The notes beneath the pieces were generated by a model. It ran no database searches. It was not told the origin of the DNA and saw only the letters and a program-made list of their open reading frames with translations. 64,000 bases of DNA from Nitrospiria bacterium (GTDB lineage: Bacteria; Nitrospirota; Nitrospiria; JACQBZ01): assembly GCA_035498035.1 (NCBI GenBank), contig DATKAN010000025.1, forward strand, positions 145,190 to 209,189, read 5' to 3'. Shown here one piece after another: positions 1 through 8,425 of this stretch (the first letter of the stretch is position 1; each line of letters opens with the position of its first letter). Position numbers and translations under genes: made by a program.

Positions 1-1
1 G

Positions 2-1078
2 TCGATCAAGATTTCCGGCTGTCAAAACGCCTGTGCGCAGCATCAGCTCGCCTCGATCGGATTTCACGGCGTGGGCAAAAAAGTCGGCAGCCGCACTGCG
101 CCGTTCTACGAGATCCATCTCGGGGGCTCGAATCTACGATTCGGACCGTACGTCGTTAAGATCCCGGCCAAACGCGCTCCGGATGCCGTTCGGCATCTTC
201 TCAAACAGTACCGGGAGACCCGCCTCAACGGCGAATCGTTCGAGACCTTTACCGCACGACTGGGCAAGGAAAAACTCAAAGAGACCCTGATGCCGTTCAC
301 GTTTCTGCCTTCCTATGACGAGGACCGCAGTTTCTACGTTGACTGGGGAGAGGAGAAGGATTTCACAACGGAGGATCTTGGGCCCGGCGAATGCGCCGGA
401 GGGGCTTACGAGATGATGGAGGGCTTCCTGTTTGAAGCCGACCAGGAACTTCACCTGGCCGGGGTAATGACCGAAAAGGGGCAGACGGGCCATGCCGTAA
501 ATAAAGCCTACCGAGCCATCGTGGCCGCGGCCAAGGGGCTTTTGGTGCTGGAAGGGGTCGACTCCTCCATCGATGCCGACATTCTTTTTAAAGCCGAAAC
601 GCTTCTGGTCGGGAAAGAAATCCTTCCCCGGACCTTCGCCCGCCTGACCGATCAGGTCAAGGAGCTTGGACCAAAGTCGCCCACGGTCGAGTTTGCCCGA
701 GGAAAAATTGCCTTTGCCAAATCATTTGTCGAAGCCAGTCATGCGGCCTTTGACCAACACGGCCGTGCGCTTAAGCAAGGGAAAACCCACGCCCCCAAAG
801 CATCCGAGGCGGTGGAAAAATCTGGCGAGCAGGCGCCGGGGGAAACGGTATCGGTCGTCAAGCTGGATCTAAGCGGCGTGGCCTGTCCGATCAATTACGT
901 GAAAACCAAACTCAAGTTGGAGGAATTGGAAGTCGGCCAACGGCTCGAGGTGATTCTGGACGAAGGCGAGCCGATCCGAAACGTCCCGAAGAGTCTCCAA
1001 GGTGACGGACAGAAGATTCTGTCCCAGGAAAAATTGGACGATTACCATTACCGTCTTCTAATCGAAAAGGCGTTCTAA
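2..1078 (+). CDS. Siroheme-dependent sulfite/nitrite reductase hemoprotein, C-terminal part, with a fused C-terminal TusA-like (SirA/YedF) domain. The 5' end is truncated by the window edge.
   Basis: Frame 2 is open from base 2 and reads [21 protein letters not shown], the Cys-cluster signature of the siroheme/[4Fe-4S] site of NirA/Sir hemoproteins. The last ~70 aa ([43 protein letters not shown]) fit the TusA Cys-Pro fold pattern. ATP sulfurylase is adjacent. Confidence 0.7.
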   Translation, partial: SIKISGCQNACAQHQLASIGFHGVGKKVGSRTAPFYEIHLGGSNLRFGPYVVKIPAKRAPDAVRHLLKQYRETRLNGESFETFTARLGKEKLKETLMPFTFLPSYDEDRSFYVDWGEEKDFTTEDLGPGECAGGAYEMMEGFLFEADQELHLAGVMTEKGQTGHAVNKAYRAIVAAAKGLLVLEGVDSSIDADILFKAETLLVGKEILPRTFARLTDQVKELGPKSPTVEFARGKIAFAKSFVEASHAAFDQHGRALKQGKTHAPKASEAVEKSGEQAPGETVSVVKLDLSGVACPINYVKTKLKLEELEVGQRLEVILDEGEPIRNVPKSLQGDGQKILSQEKLDDYHYRLLIEKAF

Positions 1079-1091
1079 CTCGGAGAAACAA

Positions 1092-2270
1092 ATGACAACG
1101 AATACGCCCCATCATGAAATTCCGGCCCATGGCGGCCGGTTGATCAGCCGCCTCGTCCAAGGTGCCGAACAGGAACGGCTGATGAACAAAGCGCTCGAGA
1201 TGAAAAAGATCCCGCTCACCCGGCGAAAACTTTGCGACCTGGAGATGCTCGCCGTAGGCGCCTACAGCCCGCTCGAGGGCTACATGGGACGGAAGGATTA
1301 TGAACGCGTGGTCACGGAGATGCACTTGTCCGGCGGCCTTCCCTGGAGCATCCCGATCACTTTCCGTGTCGACAGGAAGACGGCCGAGTCGATCCGGGAA
1401 GGTCAGGAAATCGCCCTGACGGATGAACGTCAAAATATCCTGGCGATCCTTCATCTGGAGGAAAAATTCGAATACGATAAAAAACTCGCCGCGAGGGCGG
1501 TCTACCGAACCGACAGCGCAGCGCATCCGGGTGTGGACATTCTCTACAAACGGGGAGATATTCTTCTGGGAGGCAAGGTCAGCGTGGTTCGGCTTCCAGA
1601 AAACCGCGAGTTTCTTTCCTACCGCCTTACGCCGGCCGAAACGCGGGCCATCTTCAAAGATCGCGGATGGAAGACCGTCGTCGGTTTTCAAACAAGAAAT
1701 CCGGTTCACCGGGCTCATGAATACATCCAGAAATGCGCGCTGGAGATTGTGGATGGACTCTTGCTTCATCCCCTGATCGGCGAGACAAAGAGCGACGACA
1801 TCCCCGCGGATGTCCGGATGCGATGCTACGAGGCCTTGTTAGAAAGGTACTACCCTAAAAACCGCGTCGTGCTCTCGGTGCTTCCGGCGCCGATGCGTTA
1901 TGCCGGCCCCCGCGAGGCCATCCATCACGCGATCGTCCGGAAGAACTACGGCTGCACCCATTTCATCGTCGGGCGAGATCATGCCGGCGTCGGAAGTTTT
2001 TACGGCTCGTTCGACGCCCACCATATCTTCAATGAATTTGCCCCCGGGGAACTGGGCATCACGCCGCTTTTCTTCGACAACACCTTTTACTGCAAGGCCT
2101 GCGGAAGCATGGCCTCGGTCAAAACCTGCCCGCATGACAAGAATGAACATGTAAGCCTTTCCGGCACAAAAGTTCGTGAAATGCTCCGGGCCGGCACCCT
2201 GCCGCCACCCGAGTTTTCCCGTCCGGAAGTGGCCAAGATCCTGATCGAGGCGATGAAAAATAGCGGATAA
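1092..2270 (+). CDS. sat: Sulfate adenylyltransferase (ATP sulfurylase)
   Basis: 392 aa. Carries the [11 protein letters not shown] and GRDHAGVG motifs of ATP sulfurylase and the PUA-like N-terminus. GGAGAAACAA spacer before the ATG. Confidence 0.9.
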   Translation: MTTNTPHHEIPAHGGRLISRLVQGAEQERLMNKALEMKKIPLTRRKLCDLEMLAVGAYSPLEGYMGRKDYERVVTEMHLSGGLPWSIPITFRVDRKTAESIREGQEIALTDERQNILAILHLEEKFEYDKKLAARAVYRTDSAAHPGVDILYKRGDILLGGKVSVVRLPENREFLSYRLTPAETRAIFKDRGWKTVVGFQTRNPVHRAHEYIQKCALEIVDGLLLHPLIGETKSDDIPADVRMRCYEALLERYYPKNRVVLSVLPAPMRYAGPREAIHHAIVRKNYGCTHFIVGRDHAGVGSFYGSFDAHHIFNEFAPGELGITPLFFDNTFYCKACGSMASVKTCPHDKNEHVSLSGTKVREMLRAGTLPPPEFSRPEVAKILIEAMKNSG

Positions 2271-2308
2271 ACGCCCTTGGCGGGCATCGGTGCCACAAAT
2301 TTCCTCTG

Positions 2309-2337
2309 TTGACACCCTCCCCCGTCTGGCATATAGT
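2309..2337 (+). promoter_or_regulatory. Candidate sigma70-type promoter for the apbC operon: TTGACA, 17 nt, TATAGT
   Basis: TTGACA at 2309-2314, a 17-nt spacer, then TATAGT at 2332-2337, about 22 nt upstream of the ATG at 2360. GGGAGG RBS at 2349-2354. Confidence 0.4.
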
Positions 2338-2359
2338 AGCTTTTTCTGGGAGGAATGTC

Positions 2360-3310
2360 ATGAAACAAGGCAAATCGGAAGGAAGGACCATCACCGAGGT
2401 GGTAAAAGACCTCGAGGCGCAGCAAAAGAAAAACAAGGTGGTCAATCCCATTGTTCAGCAGGTCATGGAGCAGGTCGCGGCCGTCCAGACAAGGATGGGC
2501 CTGATCAAGCACAAGATCGCGGTGATGAGCGGGAAAGGGGGCGTAGGCAAGAGCTCGGTGACGGTTAATCTCGCCCACAGTTTTGCCGCGCGGGGCTACA
2601 AAGTCGGCATCCTGGACGTGGACTTAAGCGGGCCTTGCATCCCGAAAATGATGGGCGTACGCGAGCGGGCGCTCAAGATTACGTCCGAAGGGGCTCAACC
2701 GGCGCTTGGAGTGAACGGGATCAAAGTTGCCTCGATGGAGCTGATGCTCCCCAGCGAGGGCAGCCCGGTGATGTGGAAAGGGCTTTGGGAAGATTCGGCC
2801 GTCTGGCGCGGTACGGTCGAGATGAGCGTCATACGCGAGTTCATCAGCGATGTCAATTGGGGTCCCCTGGATCTCCTATTGATTGATATGCCCCCGGCCT
2901 CCTCTGACAAGCCGCCGATCATCTCCCAGATGATTTCGGACCTGGATGGGGCCGTGATCGTGACGATTCCTTCTGAAATTTCACAATTTATCGTCAAAAA
3001 ATCGGTCGTGTTTTTGAACCGGGAACTTCATATCCCGATCATCGGACTGATCGAGAACATGAGCGGGGCGATCTGCCCGCATTGCGGAGAGTCGCTGGAA
3101 CTTTTCGAAGATGCGTCCCGGGGGGAAAGTCCTCTCCAGAAAATGGGCCTCCCTCTGTTGGGCCGGGTCCCTTTCGACCGGCGGATCGCCGGCTGTGCGG
3201 ACCATGGCCGGTCGTTCGTGGATGAGCATCCGCTCACACCAGCCGCGCAGGCCTTCCGGATCATTACCGATTCGCTGCAACAGCACATTGAATCAAGGAG
3301 ATCGTCATGA
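2360..3310 (+). CDS. apbC: Fe-S cluster carrier ATPase, Mrp/ApbC/NBP35 family
   Basis: Deviant Walker A KGGVGKSS, the ParA/MinD-like fold and a C-terminal CPHC motif. The internal Met at 2360 is preferred over the ORF-track start at 2309 because of the GGGAGG RBS and the promoter position. Confidence 0.85.
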   Translation: MKQGKSEGRTITEVVKDLEAQQKKNKVVNPIVQQVMEQVAAVQTRMGLIKHKIAVMSGKGGVGKSSVTVNLAHSFAARGYKVGILDVDLSGPCIPKMMGVRERALKITSEGAQPALGVNGIKVASMELMLPSEGSPVMWKGLWEDSAVWRGTVEMSVIREFISDVNWGPLDLLLIDMPPASSDKPPIISQMISDLDGAVIVTIPSEISQFIVKKSVVFLNRELHIPIIGLIENMSGAICPHCGESLELFEDASRGESPLQKMGLPLLGRVPFDRRIAGCADHGRSFVDEHPLTPAAQAFRIITDSLQQHIESRRSS

Positions 3311-3822
3311 AATTTTTGTGCATCAAATGCAACAACTTCATGGATTACGAATCCAAGGAACAGGTCGACACGCTCCGCCTTGGCATCACCTTTGCCTGTA
3401 CCCAATGCGGCTATAAAGTTGCGATGGTCACCAATCCGGGGGAGACCCAGTTGGTCAGCGGGCTGGGCGTCAAGATCGGCGGACGGACGGTTCCGGCCGA
3501 GCCGATGGAATTCACACGCGAGGCCATCAAGCCGGAGGGCCAACCCACGGCGACCCTGTCGGCCGACATGGGCAAATGCCCCTTCCCGGCGATGCTGGCC
3601 GGGTCGGGTTTCAAAGACACCGGGATCGGGGCCGGCCTGTCCGGTCAGGACTCCCAACCCTCGGTTCCTTGGACATCGAACGCCGAAAAGCGGCTTCAAA
3701 ACGTCCCGTCTTTCGTCCGGTCGCTCGCCCGGGCTGGAATCGAGCAGTACGCGAAAGAGAACGGGTTCGCCGAAGTGAACGATCAGGTCATGGATGAGTA
3801 CCGGGAAAAGGTGGGAATGTAA
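3307..3822 (+). CDS. Zinc-ribbon protein with a C-terminal PCP-reductase-like (BchB C-terminal-like) domain; function unknown
   Basis: N-terminal CxxC...CxxC (CIKCNN...CTQCGYK). C-terminal AEKRLQNVPSFVRSLARAGIEQYAKENGF resembles the Proto_Chlide_red (pfam08369-like) motif. Start overlaps the apbC stop (ATGA), so the two are translationally coupled. Confidence 0.5.
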   Translation: MKFLCIKCNNFMDYESKEQVDTLRLGITFACTQCGYKVAMVTNPGETQLVSGLGVKIGGRTVPAEPMEFTREAIKPEGQPTATLSADMGKCPFPAMLAGSGFKDTGIGAGLSGQDSQPSVPWTSNAEKRLQNVPSFVRSLARAGIEQYAKENGFAEVNDQVMDEYREKVGM

Positions 3823-3828
3823 CAGGGA

Positions 3829-5001
3829 TCACGGGATGATCAAACCGTTCCGGCCCGGCACGATTTTTCCCATAACTACGGGCCGTTTAGCCCCGGTGGC
3901 GGAAGGAACGTTGTTCGGCTCGCCTTGAATCGTACCGTACGCGAACAGGGCGAAGGCCATCGCCTCAAGCGCTCGGCTGTCCAGATCGAACTTCTCAAAC
4001 GTGAGAACCGGAACCGGGCCGAAGGCCTGCTGAAGAAACCGCATTAAGGTCACGTTTCGGGTTCCTCCACCTCCAACGATCACCTCCTCGGCGTTTCCAC
4101 CGGGAAGAATGAATCCTCGATAAGCCTGAGCAATCGACCGGGCCGTAAAGGCGGTGACGGTCGCCATTAAATCCCAATGGTTTAACCTCAAGATCCCCGC
4201 CCGCCTTATTAACCGACGGATCATGCCCTGTCCAAAGGCCTCGCGCCCCGTTGTCTTCGGGGGCTTTCGATTTAAAAATGGATGCCGGAGCAATTCATTC
4301 AGGAGCTCCTCATGGACCTTTCCACGCCGGGCCATGGCTCCGTCCCGATCCATCGTTCGCCGTCCGTTCGTTCGATGCTGGACGATTCCGTCCATCAACA
4401 TATTCCCGGGTCCGGCGTCAAAGGCGACAATTTTCGAGAGACCGGTCCCGGAAGGCAAATACGTGAGATTGCTGATCCCGCCGATGTTGACAACGAGACG
4501 AGGGCGCTGGGGATGGTAAAAAAGGATATAGTGCAGATAAGGCGTCAAGGGCGCGCCTTCCCCCCCCGCCGCCATGTCCCGATGACGAAAATCGGACACG
4601 GTCGTCACGCCGGTTCTCTCGGCGATGACGGACGGCTCCCCGATTTGGAGCGTTGAACGGATTTTCATTCCGCCGATCTTCATAGGGACGGGTTGATGAC
4701 AGATCGTCTGGCCGTGGGATCCGATCAGATCGATTTCGTCCAGCGGGATGCCGGCTTCTCTCGCAATCCGAACGGCCGCCCCTGCAAACAGCTCGCCGAC
4801 ATAGACATTCAGCCGGCTGAGCTCCTCTACCCGGCCGTCGTGGGTCAAATGAACAAGGCGAGAACGTAACGCAAGAGGATAAGGAAAGGTCGCAAACCGC
4901 AACAACTGGAGTCGGCTCTCCAGCCCCCGGCCGGAGATATCCACCAAGGCGGAGTCAACGCCGTCGGTTGACGTTCCTGAAATCAGCCCGATCACCTTCA
5001 T
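3829..5001 (-). CDS. anmK: Anhydro-N-acetylmuramic acid kinase
   Basis: N-terminal MKVIGLISGTSTDGVDSALVDI is the AnmK signature. 390 aa. Confidence 0.85.
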   Translation of the reverse strand: MKVIGLISGTSTDGVDSALVDISGRGLESRLQLLRFATFPYPLALRSRLVHLTHDGRVEELSRLNVYVGELFAGAAVRIAREAGIPLDEIDLIGSHGQTICHQPVPMKIGGMKIRSTLQIGEPSVIAERTGVTTVSDFRHRDMAAGGEGAPLTPYLHYILFYHPQRPRLVVNIGGISNLTYLPSGTGLSKIVAFDAGPGNMLMDGIVQHRTNGRRTMDRDGAMARRGKVHEELLNELLRHPFLNRKPPKTTGREAFGQGMIRRLIRRAGILRLNHWDLMATVTAFTARSIAQAYRGFILPGGNAEEVIVGGGGTRNVTLMRFLQQAFGPVPVLTFEKFDLDSRALEAMAFALFAYGTIQGEPNNVPSATGAKRPVVMGKIVPGRNGLIIP

Positions 5002-5085
5002 GGCCGGTTAGCCTACTGCAACAATGGGAGAGCGTCAAGATAAATTTAAAAGGCCCCAGGTAAGGGATGGGACGTCATATCCTTG

Positions 5086-5115
5086 TTTGACAACATTCGG
5101 CTTAAAATGGTATGT
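5086..5115 (+). promoter_or_regulatory. Candidate promoter TTGACA, 18 nt, TATGTT (with TG extension), upstream of the methyltransferase gene
   Basis: ttgaca at 5086-5091 and tggTATGTT at 5107-5115, about 88 nt upstream of the start at 5203. Confidence 0.35.
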
Positions 5116-5202
5116 TAGCATCAGTCCACTATTGCGGTCTGTCCATTGACCCTCTTAATACCTCTGTCCTGGGCAGTAAGTTAGCTAAACCGAGGAGTAA
5201 CC

Positions 5203-5937
5203 TTGACCACCCAGGCAACGAGCGTTTTAACAAAAGATTGGACCATTCACGGTCACACGATTCGTCTTGAACTGTGGCCCGGTCGTGTGTTTGTCCCGAC
5301 CACCACGTCCGAACTAATTGCCGATCAGTTTGCGTCCTGTTCCGGGGAAACGGTGATCGACCTGGGTTGCGGCAGCGGCTTTTTTTCAGTGCTGGCGGCC
5401 AAGATGGGCGCCAACCGGGTCTACGCACTGGACCTCCACAAAGAGGCCTGCGATCTCACCCGGCGGAATTCTGAAATGAACGGCGTAGCCGACCGAATTG
5501 ACTGCCGGCAGGGGGATTTATTCGACTCGCTCAACGGCCTCGTCGCGGATACGATTATCGATGACGTTTCCGGCGTGGCCGAGGCACTGGCCCGGCGCTC
5601 CGGATGGTTTCCCGAACCGGTTCCGACCGGTGGACCGGACGGCGCCGATCCGACGGTCCGGATGTTCCAATCCGTCCGACAGCATCTGGTTTCGAACGGG
5701 CGGCTGATCTTTCCCGTGATTTCACTGGCCAATGAGAAACGAATTTTGGCCGCCGCCCGAGAGACGTTTAAAGAAGTCCGGATGGTGTTCGAAAAACGGC
5801 TGCCGCTGCCGGCTTCGATCTCCCCGGAGACCCCTCCACTCAATCAGTTGATCTCGGACGGCATCGTTCGGCTTATTAAGAAAGGCAGTCGCTGGCTTTG
5901 GGAACTGCGGATCTACGAAGCCCGGAACAAGTGTTAA
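5203..5937 (+). CDS. Class I SAM-dependent methyltransferase (small-domain MTase, HemK/RsmC-like fold; substrate unknown)
   Basis: The SAM-binding motif I VIDLGCGSGFF and an acidic motif-II loop are present. No NPPY motif was seen, so it is not a clear PrmC. Confidence 0.65.
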   Translation: MTTQATSVLTKDWTIHGHTIRLELWPGRVFVPTTTSELIADQFASCSGETVIDLGCGSGFFSVLAAKMGANRVYALDLHKEACDLTRRNSEMNGVADRIDCRQGDLFDSLNGLVADTIIDDVSGVAEALARRSGWFPEPVPTGGPDGADPTVRMFQSVRQHLVSNGRLIFPVISLANEKRILAAARETFKEVRMVFEKRLPLPASISPETPPLNQLISDGIVRLIKKGSRWLWELRIYEARNKC

Positions 5938-5949
5938 TTTCCCCCGACT

Positions 5950-6603
5950 TCAATAACCATTCAACGTCAGGTCCTTCAATCCCACGATCTGTTGAATCCG
6001 TTTTTGCACCTGTCTTTTTTTGCCCTGCCGCAGAAGCGTGAGGAGATCGGACGCGGCCAGCCGTTGAAGGATGCGTCGCCGACGAGCCATGGAAGGAACC
6101 CGCGATTGGACCTGTTTCCGGATGGAACCCAACAGGCAGATGAATTTTCCGTATTCCGCTCCAAACGACCCTTCCAGTTCCCGGCGGATCCGGCGGGCGA
6201 GCGATGGACTTTTTCCGCTCGTCGATACGGCGATGATTAAATCCCCCCGTGTGATCACGGAGGGCATGATGACATTGCATCGGGCGGGGTCGTCTGCAAT
6301 GTTGACGAGACGGGAATCCGCCTGCGCCCGACGGGCGATTTCGGCATTGGCCTTCCGATCGTCCGTCGTGGCCATGATTAAGAAGGCCTCTTTGAGGTCC
6401 ACGGGACGCCAGCGACGGGCGTGGCCACGGATCGCGCCCGCCTGAACCAGATAGGACAGTTTGGGAGTCAAGCCCGGACTGACCACAGTCACACGGGCGC
6501 CGCAGGCCAGCAAGGTGAGGACTTTGCGCTCGGCAATCCGGCCCCCGCCGATCACGACCGCAGACCGGCCCTGTAGATCAAGAAAGGCCGGGAAATACCT
6601 CAT
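5950..6603 (-). CDS. Precorrin-2 dehydrogenase / sirohydrochlorin ferrochelatase (siroheme synthase N-terminal domain type, SirC/Met8-like)
   Basis: N-terminal FLDLQGRSAVVIGGGRIAERKVLTLLACGARVTVVSP matches the NAD-binding Rossmann motif of CysG-N/Met8p. Consistent with the siroheme requirement of the sulfite reductase at the window start. Confidence 0.75.
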   Translation of the reverse strand: MRYFPAFLDLQGRSAVVIGGGRIAERKVLTLLACGARVTVVSPGLTPKLSYLVQAGAIRGHARRWRPVDLKEAFLIMATTDDRKANAEIARRAQADSRLVNIADDPARCNVIMPSVITRGDLIIAVSTSGKSPSLARRIRRELEGSFGAEYGKFICLLGSIRKQVQSRVPSMARRRRILQRLAASDLLTLLRQGKKRQVQKRIQQIVGLKDLTLNGY

Positions 6604-7331
6604 GATTGCGGTCCTTGGTTGAGTCGGCCCAGGAGCTGCCGCGCTTTTTCGTGATAGGGGCTGTCGGGATATTTTACGATCAGGTCCTGCAGGCGGCTCA
6701 CGGCCTGCTCGGCCTTCCCCGATCGTTCATAAGAGAGGGCGAGGTAGTATAAGGTATCCGCGACCACCGGCTCGTTCGGATACGCCGAAAGGATTTGTTC
6801 AAATCGGTGGATCGCGGCCGGGTAAGCCTCCTGCTTGTAATAGAAGTGACCGACATAAAACTGGTACTGGGCCAGACGTTCCTGACAAATGGATATGCGC
6901 TTCCGGGCCTCGTCAGCATATTTTGAGTTGGGATACGTGGTCAATAATTTTTGAAACGATCCCAACGCCTTTTGGTCCGGCTCGGGGTCCCGATCAATGG
7001 TCGTAAATTGCTGGAAATAGCTCAGGCCAAGTTTTAATTGCGCGTAGTCGGCCCATTCATGAAGGGGATGGAGATCCAGAAAATGTTGGTATTCGCCGGC
7101 GGCCTCGATGTACTCCCCGCTTTGATAAAGGGCCTCGGCCCGTTTTAGGATGACCTTGGGGTCATAGTTCCGCTTGACATCGTCCTTCGTTTCCTCGGCG
7201 CTGTTCTTGGTCACACCGAGTTCTTTGCGGATATCGGCTCCCAGGGGATCGTTCGGGGTGCCGCAGCCGGCGGCGGCCAGAAAAACGGTCAAGGCAAAAC
7301 CGACGATCGTTTTTTGAGTTTTGATCTCCAT
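6600..7331 (-). CDS. bamD: Outer membrane protein assembly factor BamD (TPR lipoprotein)
   Basis: Lipoprotein signal MEIKTQKTIVGFALTVFLAAAGC with its lipobox, TPR repeats and the typical BamD length. The upstream 128 codons of the ORF-track ORF (Pro/Arg-rich, no homology pattern) are judged a spurious extension. The stop overlaps the start of the downstream siroheme gene (ATGA). Confidence 0.8.
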   Translation of the reverse strand: MEIKTQKTIVGFALTVFLAAAGCGTPNDPLGADIRKELGVTKNSAEETKDDVKRNYDPKVILKRAEALYQSGEYIEAAGEYQHFLDLHPLHEWADYAQLKLGLSYFQQFTTIDRDPEPDQKALGSFQKLLTTYPNSKYADEARKRISICQERLAQYQFYVGHFYYKQEAYPAAIHRFEQILSAYPNEPVVADTLYYLALSYERSGKAEQAVSRLQDLIVKYPDSPYHEKARQLLGRLNQGPQS

Positions 7332-7447
7332 GAGAATGGTTGTTGTACCGTCGGATAGCATACCAGATGCGAGCGGAAATGGCAAGACGGGTTCGTTGAC
7401 TTCTCGGAAGCCGTCTCTTATAATTCCCTCGTAATAAGGAGTTCGCT

Positions 7448-8425
7448 TTGATCGCACAAATTGCCGGCACCGGGTTCTACGTTCCGCATCGCCGCGTGAC
7501 CAATCAGGAACTGGCGGCCCTCGTACATATGGACGACGCCGGCATTCAAAGACGCACCGGCATCCGGGAACGCCGATGGGCTGGAAAGGACCAGGCCGCC
7601 TCCGATCTGGCGACCGAGGCGGTCCGGGCGGCGATGGAACAATCCGGTTGCACGGCCAATGATCTCGATGCCATCGTTCTGGCCACCACCTCGCCCGACA
7701 TGTGGTTTCCATCAACCGCTTGCCTCGTTCAAAAAAATCTCCACGCCCGGAACGCCTTCGCCCTGGACGTCGCGGCCTCCTGCTGCGGATTTCTTTTTGC
7801 GCTTTCGGTCGCGGAGCAGTTCATTCGGTCCGGCCAGGCGAAAACCGTCGCGGCCGTTGCGACCGAAGTCAAGTCCCGGTTCTTAAACCGGTCCGATCCG
7901 GCCACGGCCATCCTTTTTGGTGACGGCGCGGGCGCGGTCGTTCTCAAACGGAGCGCGGGCCGGGCCGGTCTTCTTTCGGTCCGCCTGTATTCGGATGGCT
8001 CAAGATCGGGGATGATTCAAATCCCGGCGGGCGGTTCGAGACAGCCGATCAGCCCGCAGAGCCTGGCGGAACAACAACATGTGATCCGAATGAAGGGGGG
8101 ATCTCTCTTCAAGGCCGCGGTCCAGCGGCTGACCGATGTGACACATGAAATTTTAAAAACCCATCACCTCGAAGCGAACGACATCCATCACTTTGTTTTC
8201 CATCAGGCCAATTCCCGGATACTCTCGGCCGTGGCCAAACGGCTGCATATTCCGCGGGACCGATTCGTGATGACCCTGGATCGTTACGGCAACACCTCTT
8301 CCGCCTCGCTGCCCATAGCACTGGATCATCTATTTCAAAGCGGGCATATCCGGCCCGGGGACCTGATCTTCCTAGGCGCGTTCGGCGGAGGACTCAATTG
8401 GGGCGGTGCACTGGTCCGTTATTAG
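7448..8425 (+). CDS. fabH: 3-oxoacyl-[ACP] synthase III
   Basis: Active-site Cys in AASCCGFLFAL, a HQAN motif and a GFGGGLNWG C-terminus. TTG start with an AGGAG RBS at 7435-7439. Confidence 0.85.
   Translation: MIAQIAGTGFYVPHRRVTNQELAALVHMDDAGIQRRTGIRERRWAGKDQAASDLATEAVRAAMEQSGCTANDLDAIVLATTSPDMWFPSTACLVQKNLHARNAFALDVAASCCGFLFALSVAEQFIRSGQAKTVAAVATEVKSRFLNRSDPATAILFGDGAGAVVLKRSAGRAGLLSVRLYSDGSRSGMIQIPAGGSRQPISPQSLAEQQHVIRMKGGSLFKAAVQRLTDVTHEILKTHHLEANDIHHFVFHQANSRILSAVAKRLHIPRDRFVMTLDRYGNTSSASLPIALDHLFQSGHIRPGDLIFLGAFGGGLNWGGALVRY

Noticed and set aside
912-1769. 285-aa minus-strand ORF antisense to the sulfite reductase and sat genes
   Set aside because: It lies entirely antisense to two strongly supported plus-strand genes. 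Its composition is Arg/Pro/Gly-rich, typical of a GC-rich reverse frame, and it has no motif.
6600-7715. 371-aa version of the bamD ORF with a 128-aa N-terminal extension
   Set aside because: The extension is Pro/Arg/Trp-rich with no signal sequence. The lipoprotein signal peptide begins at the internal Met (7331), which matches canonical BamD length.
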